This document shows positions 7,037-17,771 of a stretch of 32,415 bases of DNA, one piece after another. The translations under genes and the position numbers were made by a program. This DNA is from Craspedostauros australis. Lineage: Eukaryota. A model generated the notes under the pieces. That model saw nothing but the letters and a program-made list of their open reading frames with translations, made no database searches and was not told where the DNA came from. The number at the start of each line of letters is the position of its first letter. The first letter of the stretch is position 1. The stretch is from contig JALAGF010003737.1 of assembly GCA_030167865.1 (NCBI GenBank), positions 1-32,415 on the forward strand, read 5' to 3'.

Positions 7037-10000
7037 CTACACATTTTCGTCCCCCTTCTCGACGCCGTCCACCCACAGTTCCTGGGACGTTGCGTAGTTA
7101 CCCGACTCGCTGTCATCGCAGTCCATTCCAGACACCAGCGACCTCTGACTCTTCTCATCCATGACCTCGGCGGTCAATTCGACGATGGTTTCCAAAGCTG
7201 CTGAGTGGCGCTTGTTTGAGCCGTGCGCGGAGTTCCGTGGCGATGAAGTCTCGCTTCCCTCTTGTTCGTCGCCGTCGGTGCCATTGTCGCCACCTTCCTC
7301 CTCCTCGTGGTCTTCCGCACCCTCCCGTTCGACCCAGAACAGCGTCATCTCTCCCTTCCCCTTGATGTTGAAATCGCCTCGTCGCTTGATGTTGAATCCC
7401 TCCGGTGAATCCAATTCGAGAAGGCTCGCCGTGACCTCCGAACACTGGATCCTTCCTGGCAGCGAGTTGCTCTCCATCCTGGATGCGGTGTTGACTGTGT
7501 CACCGATGATCGAGTAGCGTGGGTTGCGCGTTCCCACCACGTGAGCAACTGCTGGACCCGTGTTGAAACCGCTGCGGATTTCGACGAATCCGCGGGACGG
7601 CTGATCTTCGTCAATCAGCGTGGTTTTAGCAGCATCGACCGCATCCATGGCGAATGCCACCATCCTTGATACGTGAGCTGGGTCCTTCTTGTGGATGTTC
7701 GTCACCGTCATGTACGAATCGCCAACCGTCTCCACCTTGAACACATCGTGGATGTCGCAAAGGTTGTCGAATTTGGTGTAGAGACGATCCAGCAGGCTGG
7801 AAACCTTGGTGGGCGAAAGACCGGAAGAGATCTTTGTGTAGTCGACGATGTCGGAAAAGTAGACGGTGACGGAATCGTGCTGCTCTGGTTCCACCTTCCG
7901 GCCTTCGCGCAAGGCGGTTGCGATGTGTGCCGGGAAGAGCTGCGAGAGGAGGTCTTCCGCGGATCGTTTCTTGCCGTTGGGAGCCTCCCCTGTGCCGAAT
8001 CTCCGATCGCTGGTCGCCACACGGATGTGGTCCGCATCCAGCATTTCGAGCCGGACGCTGATTTCTTCCGCTGTTGGACGCAGCGTCGGATCCTCGCGCA
8101 GGCATGCCTTCATGAGCTGGACGGATTCGCTGGAAAGACCTTTTGGGACGGTCGGGCGTTTCTGGATCTTGGCGTCGGCGACCAGCTGAAGCACCGCATC
8201 GAGTGATTCGCCTTCGTACGGGTCCTTGCGCGTGAGGACCTCGTACAGAACGACACCGAATGCGTACACATCGGACGTCGTCGTGTTGCCGGTTTCGCGT
8301 CGCAGCAGTTCCGGCGCCATCCAATACGGCGTTCCGGCGGCGGCTGCCTTGTCCTGGAAGAAGTAGCGCTTGCGAGACAGGCCGAAATCGGAGACCTTGG
8401 CGTGGAAACGCTCATCGACCAGCACGTTGGCTGCCTTCAGATCGGAATGGATGATCTGCGGCGCGGCGGCATGCAGGAAGCGCAACCCGCGAGCGACGTC
8501 TCGTAGGACGGGGAGCAATATTTCTCCGTTCAGCACCATGGAGTCGTTGTGGAGGAGATCGTACAGCGACCCCAGCTGCATGTGCTCCATAATCAGCATG
8601 GGCTCGCTGCACTTGTCAATCACAGCTCCCATCGTCGTTGTGATGCAGGGATGTCGGAGCTGGGAGAGGAGCCGCATCTCCTGGATGAACTCTCGCTCCA
8701 TCCTCTTCGTGGATGCGCTGCCGAGCGACCCAAATATGTCCTTGAATTTGGACGTTCTTCGCCTTGGTGTGTGGTCACGAGCCACAGATGACATGGAAGA
8801 TAATGCCAGCAGATCTCCCGTTGATCCCCGATTGGTTCTGGAATGTGAGCCATCCATGCGTGACGACGATGAAGAGGAGACCGAAGACACGCCGGAGCTG
8901 CGGCGGATCAACTTGGCTTGAAATTTTGCGGATGCCGTCGAGTCCTTCCCGAGGGAATGCAACGACTGCTGATCGTCAGCACCCGAGGCATCATCGGTGG
9001 AGTTTGCGCTATCTTGAAGTTCGAGGTTCGGCTCGTTCGGTTGTTTGGAAGAAGCGCTCATGCGCATTTCCAACTTGGCCAGTGCCAGGCTGTCGTCATC
9101 GAAATCGAACTTCAGCGAGGCACGACGATTCAGGTTGCGAGCATGTCTGCCAACCGGGAGCACGCGTTTCACGGCCACCTTGGTACCGCGGTACTCCGCC
9201 AGCAGGACCATGCCGAATGTGCCACGTCCCAGCACCTGGGGAGGTTCGCCGTAGATCAGCTCCTTGGGATCGACCTTCCAGATCGCGTCAGCTGCCTTGC
9301 GTTTGTGCTCGACGTACACTAGGACGGCAATTCCCATCATGAGAAGCGTTGGAAGTACAACGGACGGGATGAAGATGGAGTAGGGGACGCAGACTCCGAA
9401 CAGCTCGACGGTGACGGTCGTTTGGCACACGCATTTTCCCGTGCTGGTGGGGATCATGTACGCATCACCTGTGGCGGCGACGCAGTCCCGTTCGTCGATT
9501 TGCAGACGGAACGGACTATCGGGAACCTGCTCCTCATCCACTCGGACGAAGACGATGTGCTCTCCCGTGTCGATGTTGGTGTCCTTCACAACCACCTGGT
9601 ATTCATGCGGCCTGGATGGCACGGGGTCCATGGTGTATCTCATGCCAACGTCGCCGTCGAGGACTTCGACTGACAGGACGACGTCGTTCCGTCTTCGGTT
9701 GTCGATGGCGTAGTACACGATGTAGTCGTTCTGTGACACGTAGCCGCATATGTCGAACTTTTCGCACCCTGATCCAGTTCGGATGGTGGAATTGTTGGCG
9801 GCCAGGGCCAGGTCGATGTCATCATCCTTCCTAACGTCAGTGAGGACCGGGAAGAAGTCGACGTCGGAGGCCTTGACGCAAGGTTTGCACAGGCAGGAAA
9901 AGCCGTGACAGTCCAAGTTCGCATCCTCGCAACCGCGTGTCATGTCTTCCTTGGATTTCGGAAAGTGACCGGCGGGGCAGGTGACACCGTCGGCCAGACC

Positions 10001-11347
10001 TTCTGTGCGAATGCACTTGTGGTCCTTTGTGAGGAAGGCGAGGTTCGTCTGCATGTTGTGGATCTCCATGTAGGATGCCGTTGGCGCGAAACCTGCTACG
10101 TTTGCCTGGGTGAGAGCGAAGTGTGCGGCCAGGGCTTGGAGCAAGGTCGTGTCGCATCGTCGGAAGGGCACAGAGCCCAGTTGCTGCTCCTGAAGGTCGT
10201 GCAGCTCATACATGCACTGCTCGTGGCAGGATGTCAGCTGTGTGGACAGCGCGTTGATCTTGTGCGTGTCGCGAAGCGGATCGCAGGCGGATCGTTCAAA
10301 GCACGCCAGCAGGGACGGGGCGATCGCCGCGTGCTGGGAAATCTGCAGGATGGCCTCTTGCACCGCCTCCACGATGTCGTTGGAGACGTGGCTGAAGGCC
10401 GAGAAGCCCCATTCTGGGTAGAGGTGCGTCGACGATGGGTACGGGAAGAGGTTGCCGTTGACGTCGATGAGCGGAGGGCTGGTGCCGTCCTCGGCGGTCG
10501 TGCCGAACTCTCCCAAGATGTGCACCTCGGACATATCCACCAAGTTGCCGGTGCGCTCGTCGATGGTGCGCTCCAGCTGACCTGTGCGCACGTATCCCAC
10601 CTCGATCTTGCCCTGCAGCACGGCGTTGACGACGTTCGGCTGCTTCTCCATGAAGACGACCTGAGCGACGTCCTGGAGGTGGTGGATGTCGCGCATGATG
10701 AGCTCTCGGAACTGGAGCTGCCCTGCTCCGAAGGCCTCGAGGGCCACGCAGGCCGTCGTTCGGTCGCGAACGTCCTCGATGTCCCGGATCTCGCCTGCCT
10801 TGTCCTTGGCGGTGAAGAGGACGCCACCGTACTGGTTGAGCTCGAACGTCTGTCCTTGCAGTTCGCTTGTGGACGTGACGGTTGCCAAGGAGCGCACGCC
10901 GACCTCGCTTTCCATGCAGGAATGGGCGCCCGTGTGCATGAGCATGAAGTCCAATTCGTTGGACGCCAGGAAGTCGAGGAATCCCTCCTCGCTGTTGAAG
11001 ATGGGGACGAGCTCGAAGCTGATCTTCCTGCTGTCGTCACTTGTATCTCCAATTGAAGTGGACGGGACGTCAGCGAACTGAGGCGAGACGTACATCTCGA
11101 AGTATTCCTGGAAGATGGCTGTGAAGTCCTCCGTGGCCTGTTGGGCACCGCGGATGCCAAACGCGCCCACCTTGTAGACGGTGGCTGAATGCTTGGCCGA
11201 TCTCATGGATGGTGACTGGCTGATGCTGAGCGGTCGCACGGGAATGGGCTTCGACGGAAGGGAGCATTGCTGAGCGGACACCGCCCATGATGACATGGAT
11301 GATAGCATTGAAGCCACCGCGAAGATTGATGCCGTGACGGTCTGCAT
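7037..11347 (-). CDS. Receptor-type protein, 1436 aa: signal peptide, PhnD/phosphonate-binding-type periplasmic-binding fold, Cys-rich and filamin/Ig-like region, TM helix, TKL-type protein kinase, class III nucleotide (guanylate-like) cyclase
   Basis: Single long ORF. PBP-type motifs: VGAFGIRG, VGYVRTGQLE, LYPEWGFSA. Ig-like segment GEHIVFVRVDEEQVPDSPFRLQI. TM helix IFIPSVVLPTLLMMGIAVLVYV. Kinase motifs GRGTFG, VAVK, HSDLKAAN, DFG, GTPYWMAPE, DVYAFG. Cyclase motifs VTVYFSDIV, FKVETVGDSYM, GDTVNTASRMES, IKGKG. Confidence 0.93.
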   Translation of the reverse strand: MQTVTASIFAVASMLSSMSSWAVSAQQCSLPSKPIPVRPLSISQSPSMRSAKHSATVYKVGAFGIRGAQQATEDFTAIFQEYFEMYVSPQFADVPSTSIGDTSDDSRKISFELVPIFNSEEGFLDFLASNELDFMLMHTGAHSCMESEVGVRSLATVTSTSELQGQTFELNQYGGVLFTAKDKAGEIRDIEDVRDRTTACVALEAFGAGQLQFRELIMRDIHHLQDVAQVVFMEKQPNVVNAVLQGKIEVGYVRTGQLERTIDERTGNLVDMSEVHILGEFGTTAEDGTSPPLIDVNGNLFPYPSSTHLYPEWGFSAFSHVSNDIVEAVQEAILQISQHAAIAPSLLACFERSACDPLRDTHKINALSTQLTSCHEQCMYELHDLQEQQLGSVPFRRCDTTLLQALAAHFALTQANVAGFAPTASYMEIHNMQTNLAFLTKDHKCIRTEGLADGVTCPAGHFPKSKEDMTRGCEDANLDCHGFSCLCKPCVKASDVDFFPVLTDVRKDDDIDLALAANNSTIRTGSGCEKFDICGYVSQNDYIVYYAIDNRRRNDVVLSVEVLDGDVGMRYTMDPVPSRPHEYQVVVKDTNIDTGEHIVFVRVDEEQVPDSPFRLQIDERDCVAATGDAYMIPTSTGKCVCQTTVTVELFGVCVPYSIFIPSVVLPTLLMMGIAVLVYVEHKRKAADAIWKVDPKELIYGEPPQVLGRGTFGMVLLAEYRGTKVAVKRVLPVGRHARNLNRRASLKFDFDDDSLALAKLEMRMSASSKQPNEPNLELQDSANSTDDASGADDQQSLHSLGKDSTASAKFQAKLIRRSSGVSSVSSSSSSRMDGSHSRTNRGSTGDLLALSSMSSVARDHTPRRRTSKFKDIFGSLGSASTKRMEREFIQEMRLLSQLRHPCITTTMGAVIDKCSEPMLIMEHMQLGSLYDLLHNDSMVLNGEILLPVLRDVARGLRFLHAAAPQIIHSDLKAANVLVDERFHAKVSDFGLSRKRYFFQDKAAAAGTPYWMAPELLRRETGNTTTSDVYAFGVVLYEVLTRKDPYEGESLDAVLQLVADAKIQKRPTVPKGLSSESVQLMKACLREDPTLRPTAEEISVRLEMLDADHIRVATSDRRFGTGEAPNGKKRSAEDLLSQLFPAHIATALREGRKVEPEQHDSVTVYFSDIVDYTKISSGLSPTKVSSLLDRLYTKFDNLCDIHDVFKVETVGDSYMTVTNIHKKDPAHVSRMVAFAMDAVDAAKTTLIDEDQPSRGFVEIRSGFNTGPAVAHVVGTRNPRYSIIGDTVNTASRMESNSLPGRIQCSEVTASLLELDSPEGFNIKRRGDFNIKGKGEMTLFWVEREGAEDHEEEEGGDNGTDGDEQEGSETSSPRNSAHGSNKRHSAALETIVELTAEVMDEKSQRSLVSGMDCDDSESGNYATSQELWVDGVEKGDENV

Positions 11348-13634
11348 TGCTGTCGATGTCGATGCTGTTGTCGTTGTCGGTCTTAGTGTTGTGAGTAGAG
11401 ACTGGGGCAGAGCAGTTGGATTTGGGTGAAGATCGTCGTTGATGTTTGACTTTGACTTTGACCTGTCGTTCAGTGCATGCGCATTACTGTGGTGATTGGA
11501 GGTCTGTGGAGAGATGGAAGCTGAGGCTGCAACTTGACTGCTTGTGTTGAGAAATATGGATGTGCAGATTTATGAATGGATAGGTGGAAATGGGTTTCCA
11601 GTGGTAGTTTGTGAGCAACTGCCCCGATCAGTGCGCTGATCAGTTGCATCTGCGTTGAACACTTCCACGCACGCATGCATTCATGCATGTGATACGAGAT
11701 TGGGCGTACGGACATTGAAGATTACGCTTCATGGCAGCAGCAATACCGTTGGTCACATCCACGGCCAAAGTCGGCGTTGGGTGCCTCTCGATGGAGGGGT
11801 GTGATCGTAGTTGCGTTTCTCACAAGATCCCCGGGCGCATGGGTACAGGTACGCAGACGCGCAGCGCACATGACATAGTCGCACCACACCTACTCGTGTG
11901 TCCCATGCCAATTGCGCTGCCGCAGGCATCGACGAATCGATCCCTCCGACAATGCTCCGAGAAAGAGGAAGTAACTGCAACGAATAACGAAGAGGTGAAG
12001 ATTCCTTGATGGCACGCGATAGGGGACACACGCATATTTTTAAGATTGTGTGGATGAGAATTTCGTGAGACGCTGGCGCTGCATCGCCTTGGGACAGCAC
12101 CGCGAATCAAGCAGCACCCTTCCCATTTTTCGCACGTCTGCTTCAACCCTGACATTTGTTGGGCCTTTTCACATCATATCCTGCAATAAGCACACATAGA
12201 AACAGAAAATAGAACATGTCAACACTGGGATTGGCGAACAAGGAAACATCAAGTCATATTAGTTTATGTCCACGTATGGAGGTGACTTGCGCAGTTTCGC
12301 TCTTGGCTGCGCAAAAGCTCGTCGACAAAGACAAGATGGCGATTGCGTCTGTCGATGACTGAATAGTGTCAAAGATCACTAAATGAGAACGCGTACATAG
12401 ACATCTTTGTCCAAGGCGACTAATGACATTCTCCAGTCGCTCCGTTGTCGTGTCACGATGAATAAATCGGTGGAGAGAGAAACCGAGTCGACTCGCCGCG
12501 ATTTGCGTCTCGGCCGCTCACCTTTCGCGCCAAATCTACCAAATCCATTGTGCCCATCATGTCAATGACACCATGATGCTCTGCTCTACTCTGGTCTGCT
12601 GACTCCATCAAGCTCCGTGCATCCCTCGCCAATTGCGCCGCTTGGACGGGTATAAGGATTTTCCTCTCGTGAAGCCTCTCACATCACCGATAGTTTTCTT
12701 TTGCAACAAAGCAAGGCACCTTGGATGTTGCTGTCCGTGGCAGAAGGATGGTGTAATCCATACGAGTGGAAGCACAAAGGAGCAGAGACCGGCGGAGTTC
12801 CGGTGAAGCCGGCATCACAAGCGAACGCTCGCACCCACATTCCCGCCAAGCCGTCCCTGGGCGTAATCTGTCAGCCAGCCGGTGAGCCGATCAGTCGGTG
12901 GTCCACCATGCGTCCCTTTCTCAGTCCTCCATCCAAGACGAATCGATCCGTGGCCACGAGATGGTTTCTTCGCCGAGACGCCATTAGCATGTGACCACCT
13001 CAGCGGAACCGAGCGATTACTCTCTTGTCTTGAGTTTGTGTGACTCTTCGTCCGGATCATCACCGAGATCTTGTCTTCTCGCAGAGAGGCTGCGGATTCC
13101 TTGCGTACCCACAGCGGCCTTTGTCTCGAGGGCAAGAGAGGGACTTTTGGTCCTCGGAACGCCCTCGAAGGTGGCGCATCCTTCGTCGCCGCGGAGGTCG
13201 GTATGAGTACCAACAACTAGAAATATGAGGAATTATGCGGACTTGCGGGCACATTCACATAGCCACACTCCATTCGCTTCGGATATCGTGGAAATGGCAA
13301 CTCTTCGTCGTGTTGCCAAACAATACGATCAACATTTGGATCGGAGCGAGACTGAGGAAGCGGGTGGACACTGTCACCAATACTCTACTATTCCATGTCA
13401 CGTCTCGTACGTTGACGACATGGGCGAAACGCGATTGGTGCCATCAGCCCCAGTCAAGGTACGAGTGCGACTATGTCCATGCTTGAATCCTCACTCACGC
13501 GCAACCACTTCCACTCCAACCTTCCTTCGAGGCTCGGTCACCCGAACCCCTCACAAGGGAGTCCACGATTCCATGTTCTACCACGGCTCCAATCAACTTT
13601 TCAGTCCATCTGCACCATACACGTGGCAATGTCG

Positions 13635-15032
13635 TTATCGCGCCGCGCGTTGCGCCTCCATCGGGACGTGCTTGTAGCCAAAGGCATTCATCATCTCTGG
13701 GTCCAATACGTCCCGTGCAGCTTCGAGCTGAAAGTCTGGATACCCCAAGGACCGCGTGGTCTTGTTGCCGTACTTGATGAGAGATCGCAGCAGGCCCTGG
13801 TGGAAGTCTTTGCCCAGCTCGATGCCCTCGTTGATGTTGGCCACGTCCTGAAAATGGATAAACTTGTCATCGGGAAGCATGTGCCCCCCAACACAATCGC
13901 ATATCTTCCGGATCGTGCTCTTGCCTCGAAAGATGAGATCCTCCATGCGCACGATCAAGTGGGGGAAGGTCGCCTCGCGGTAATACCCGGCATACCATTC
14001 ATTCCACATGCCCGGCAAGGATTCATGACGTTCATTCAAGGTGGCCGAGTACTTGACATGTATCGGGACGTGCTTCATCTTGGCGTATCGTGGGTGCGCG
14101 GCGATATCGCTGGGGTACGGCACGATGTTTGGGCAATTATTGTCCACGGCATGGTCAAAACGCGCGTTGTAATTCTGCCGGCACATGGACTGCATCCACG
14201 TGTAGGGATCACGGACGGTGACGACGGGTATCACATTCTCCTGGTGGATGCTCTCGTACCGATCGGCCGTCAGCTTCAATCGCATCTTGGCAGGCACGTG
14301 CTTGCCCCACGGCACCTGCCATTGCATGCTGCGCTTGTTGTACTGTGAGTAGAAGGAGGTGCTGTGTTCCATGTTGGCGCAGTTGGCAACGAGCAGCATG
14401 GACAGCACGTTGGTCCCGGAATTGAAGGTCCCCGCCACACCCGCTATTCTGTCCTTCTCCGGCACGGTGTCGCGGTACGCCTTGCAAGTCTCCAGGCCGA
14501 CGATCTTCGGTGGGCCGTACAGCTCCTCAATTTGCGACCATCGCGGCAACGACGCCATGACGTCCTTGCTGAAGATCGTTGGATCGTGCACGTTGTATGC
14601 GCCCTGCTTCAGTATTTCGTAAATCGGTCTCAATTCGTCCGTATCGAATTGCGGTGGAATGGGCAAAGCTCCCAAATCCTTCTCTTTCCCATCGGCTTTG
14701 GACCAAGATCCACCGCGTCGTCTGGTTCCACGTGACGGCCGTGAGATCCAACCCAACGTCTCATCTTGCATTGTGTCTGCATGCTTGCCATCGACCATGC
14801 GCGATATCCATTCTTCCCATCGATGGATCGTGCTTGCGATGGAATCCTCGAGCGATGTTCGTCTTTGTATCGGAAGCGTCGTCACATGATGCTCGAGTGT
14901 GGTGGCATGCAGGTACATCACCATGATGAAGGAGACGATCCATGGCAGAAGCAGCATGCCGATCACGATCATCGCCTTGCTGTATCGCTTGGGCCGTTTG
15001 CGTCGCGCTGTCGTTGGCAGTTTGTTCATCAT
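13635..15032 (-). CDS. Type II membrane (Golgi-type) sulfotransferase-family protein, about 465 aa
   Basis: Basic N-tail then TM helix (MIVIGMLLLPWIVSFIMVMYL). 5'-PSB-like loop VAGTFNSGTN, WQVPWGKH, 3'-PB-like VTVRDPYTWMQS, IVRMEDL and C-terminal MMNAFGY. First ATG taken at 15032 because the ORF-track start is GTG. Confidence 0.8.
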   Translation of the reverse strand: MMNKLPTTARRKRPKRYSKAMIVIGMLLLPWIVSFIMVMYLHATTLEHHVTTLPIQRRTSLEDSIASTIHRWEEWISRMVDGKHADTMQDETLGWISRPSRGTRRRGGSWSKADGKEKDLGALPIPPQFDTDELRPIYEILKQGAYNVHDPTIFSKDVMASLPRWSQIEELYGPPKIVGLETCKAYRDTVPEKDRIAGVAGTFNSGTNVLSMLLVANCANMEHSTSFYSQYNKRSMQWQVPWGKHVPAKMRLKLTADRYESIHQENVIPVVTVRDPYTWMQSMCRQNYNARFDHAVDNNCPNIVPYPSDIAAHPRYAKMKHVPIHVKYSATLNERHESLPGMWNEWYAGYYREATFPHLIVRMEDLIFRGKSTIRKICDCVGGHMLPDDKFIHFQDVANINEGIELGKDFHQGLLRSLIKYGNKTTRSLGYPDFQLEAARDVLDPEMMNAFGYKHVPMEAQRAAR

Positions 15033-15495
15033 TCGGGTGCAGTTGACGTGACGAGATTTAGAGCGATACGAAAGAGGACCTGAACGACGCCTCACGTTCC
15101 ACCACGTTTGGATGCGAAGGTGGTGGATCCTCTATACTCGGAGGTTCGGTGTCATGAGCAACGGAGCATTGGAGGTATCATTGTCATTGGGCATGTGTGG
15201 GTTGATGCCTGTGCCGTTTTTGTGGTTGGTTTTGGCGCCATATTTTTGAATTTGTGCGAAATGATTGATCCATCTAGTCGAATCGACCCAATCGAATGCA
15301 TTGTTTCTTCTCGAAACATCGTTTTGCTTGTTGATGTTGTTGCGTGAAGTGGACGGAGGAGAGATGGCGATCACGTTTCAATTCAATGGCAACTTGGTCA
15401 ACGCTCGACTATACCCACAAAAGAGTGCATCAGCAAATCACTCCAGACAAAGATAGCAGCCCAATCACCTGTAGCCACAGCAGATCTTGCCCAAG

Positions 15496-16239
15496 ATGGC
15501 CCAAGCCGAGCAGCCGCAAGCAACGCTGAATGCGAATGATGTGGCCGACGCCGTTGCTTCCGTTGTGAAGGATCCTCCTCCGCCGCTTCCCGTGGGATGG
15601 TTCCTCAAGGAAAGCAACACCAATCCGGGTTACTTCTACTATTTCAATGCAGAGACGGGCAAGTGCACGTGGAGTCCGCCAGGCATCGCCGAAGCCGCAG
15701 CGCCGGCAATCAAAACGGAAACGAAGACGGAAACGAAGACGAAATCGAAGAAGACGACAAAGACGACGACGAAGACCAAGGTGAAAGCCGAATCATCGTC
15801 CAGCAGCGATGCCGCCAAGATCAAGTCCGAATCGGACAGCGCCGAAAAATCATCGAAACGACGCAAAACGGACACCGGCCCGCAGCAGGTCCGCGTCTTG
15901 CACATCCTCAAGAAGCACAAAGGATCGCGACGACCTTCGAGCTGGCGGCAGCCCAACATCACGCAGTCGTTGGACGAGGCGCGCGAAGAGCTGCAGGGAT
16001 TGCTGGAGATCGTGCAGGAAGAGGCGAATCCCGATGAGCTGCGTGCGACGTTTGAAGAATTGGCACGCACGGAGTCCGATTGTTCGAGCGCGAAACGTGG
16101 TGGCGATCTGGGATTCTTCGGGCGACGCAAGATGCAGCCGGCGTTCGAGGCGGCGTCGTTCGGGCTGCAGGTTGGGGAGTTGACGAAGGAGCTCGTGGAG
16201 ACGTCGTCGGGTGTGCATATCATTTTGAGGATCGGGTGA
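15496..16239 (+). CDS. PIN1: Peptidyl-prolyl cis-trans isomerase Pin1/Ess1 (WW + parvulin domain), 247 aa
   Basis: WW domain LPVGWFLKESNTNPGYFYYFNAETGKCTWSPP. Parvulin motifs VRVLHILKKHKGSRRPSSWR, FEELARTESDCSSAKRGGDLGFFGRRKMQPAFE, VETSSGVHIILR. Confidence 0.95.
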   Translation: MAQAEQPQATLNANDVADAVASVVKDPPPPLPVGWFLKESNTNPGYFYYFNAETGKCTWSPPGIAEAAAPAIKTETKTETKTKSKKTTKTTTKTKVKAESSSSSDAAKIKSESDSAEKSSKRRKTDTGPQQVRVLHILKKHKGSRRPSSWRQPNITQSLDEAREELQGLLEIVQEEANPDELRATFEELARTESDCSSAKRGGDLGFFGRRKMQPAFEAASFGLQVGELTKELVETSSGVHIILRIG

Positions 16240-16709
16240 AGATGGTGGGCGCGGTGGTATTGATGATGTGCGTGACATTGTCTTGCATGGCGAAGCTGCG
16301 TGGACGGTGAGCTTGACAAGACTTTCAGACAGGAACCAATGCAATACCATGAAGTGCGTGCAAGAGAAAGTAGAAAGGCCTGCTTGTGCTTCGAAATCAA
16401 TTTTCTATTACATCTCTTTGCCAATCAACGAGAACACTCGGCTCTGCTTTTCGAATACATTCATTCATATAATAGTCCTAAAACGTTGATTTGGAGTCCC
16501 ATGCAATGCTCGAAGACAGTGTACTTGTATAATACAACGCCCTTTTCCGTATGACTGCAACAGAGCTCTCGTTCCTATTTTCTGTTCATGCGCGCTTGCC
16601 ACAGCCTGTAGTCTATCGTATCAAGCAATGGCATAGATCATACTCGTTGTGCTCCACCAAACTCGTACCCATACTCGCGCTCGTATGAGGTCAACGATTC
16701 GAACTGGGC

Positions 16710-17201
16710 TCAGACAATCTCAATCTCTCCACCCAGAGCCTCCAACGTCTCCTTGATCTCATCCGCCTTGTCCTTTTTCAATCCCTTTTGAATGACCTTG
16801 GGCACGCCATCCACCATGGCCTTGGCCTCCTTCAATCCCAATCCTCCCAACGCGCGCACTTCCTTGATGATCTTGATCTTGGCCTTGGCATCGTATCCCA
16901 CCAGCTTGACATCGAATGCTGTCTTCTCCTCCACGACTTCCTCGACAACGGCCGCAGCATCAGCTGCACCGCCGCCGCCGCCGAATTCACCTGGATACAC
17001 TTGCGTGCCCAGCACCTGCAGCGTCAAATGTCGCAGAATGTTCAGCTCCTCCTCCGGCAAGGCCGTGACGCGATCGAAGATGCTTTGCAATTTGGGCGTC
17101 GACAGCTGCTGTTTCGAGTCTGTGGCAAAGGACATTCTGCAGGGCCGCGTGGCCGCGACGGCGCGGCGCATCAGGTGTCGGCTCGTGTGGAGGTAGACCA
17201 T
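16710..17201 (-). CDS. rplL: Organellar (probably mitochondrial) ribosomal protein bL12 (L7/L12), paralogue 1, 163 aa
   Basis: C-terminal domain [45 protein letters not shown]...[10 protein letters not shown], a G/A-rich hinge, and an R-rich presequence [25 protein letters not shown]. Confidence 0.9.
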   Translation of the reverse strand: MVYLHTSRHLMRRAVAATRPCRMSFATDSKQQLSTPKLQSIFDRVTALPEEELNILRHLTLQVLGTQVYPGEFGGGGGAADAAAVVEEVVEEKTAFDVKLVGYDAKAKIKIIKEVRALGGLGLKEAKAMVDGVPKVIQKGLKKDKADEIKETLEALGGEIEIV

Positions 17202-17205
17202 GATC

Positions 17206-17235
17206 ACAATGTATGACAATGTATGACAATGTATG
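17206..17235 (+). repeat. 10-bp tandem repeat (ACAATGTATG x3) immediately upstream of the bL12-1 start codon
   Basis: acaatgtatg acaatgtatg acaatgtatg. Confidence 0.8.
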
Positions 17236-17648
17236 GAGGCGTTGTTCAAAGGTGATTGTGATGTGTTTTTGTGGGTGGATCTCTCGTCCATCAATTTTCG
17301 GTCGATTTTGGTTTTTCGACTTGTTCGATTCCAACTCCAAACTTCGTCGCGTCCACCTCTCTCGAGAAGAACATCAGCACACACCACAACGACCTTGATT
17401 CATTGCAAGTTCTGCCATTCAGAGAAGTATGTAACTGCGCTTTGCGAGTTGACAGTAGCAACTATACTGTCTCCTATCTAGAGATTACACGTTCACGAGT
17501 ACTCGTACGCAAGCTGGAGTAAATTCTTAGCGTAGTGAAGCGCTTAATCCTTTTCTCGCCTATCCACCCGCTGGCAAGCATACTAATATATTGTATAATT
17601 GGACTTCACCATTCCGAGAAGTGGGTTTAGTGGAGAACGATCTCTCTT

Positions 17649-17673
17649 TGTGTGTGTGTGTGTGTGTGTGTGT
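17649..17673 (+). repeat. (TG)n microsatellite
   Basis: About 12 uninterrupted TG units. Confidence 0.9.
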
Positions 17674-17771
17674 CGAGAGAGCAATGCTCCAATGTCATGG
17701 TTTGGTTAGTTCGCCACTCCAGTCACCACCATAATTATCACCATAATAATCACCACAGCCTTTACCACCGC

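Noticed and set aside
7155-11160. Many long alternative-frame and antisense ORFs (e.g. 9905-11056, 10234-11160; likewise 25012-26433 and 28162-29094)
   Set aside because: Shadows of GC3-rich real genes, giving R/S/P-rich translations without domains.
12900-13150. RNase MRP/P-like AAAGTCCC ... AGGGAC pairing on the minus strand; U6-like ATTAGCATG on the plus strand
   Set aside because: The pairing does not reproduce the bulged P4 helix consensus, and the U6 ACAGAGA box and downstream stem are absent.
16690-16712. GTTCGAATC (B-box/T-loop-like) on the minus strand at the bL12-1 stop
   Set aside because: The flanks do not form a T stem and no other tRNA arms are present.
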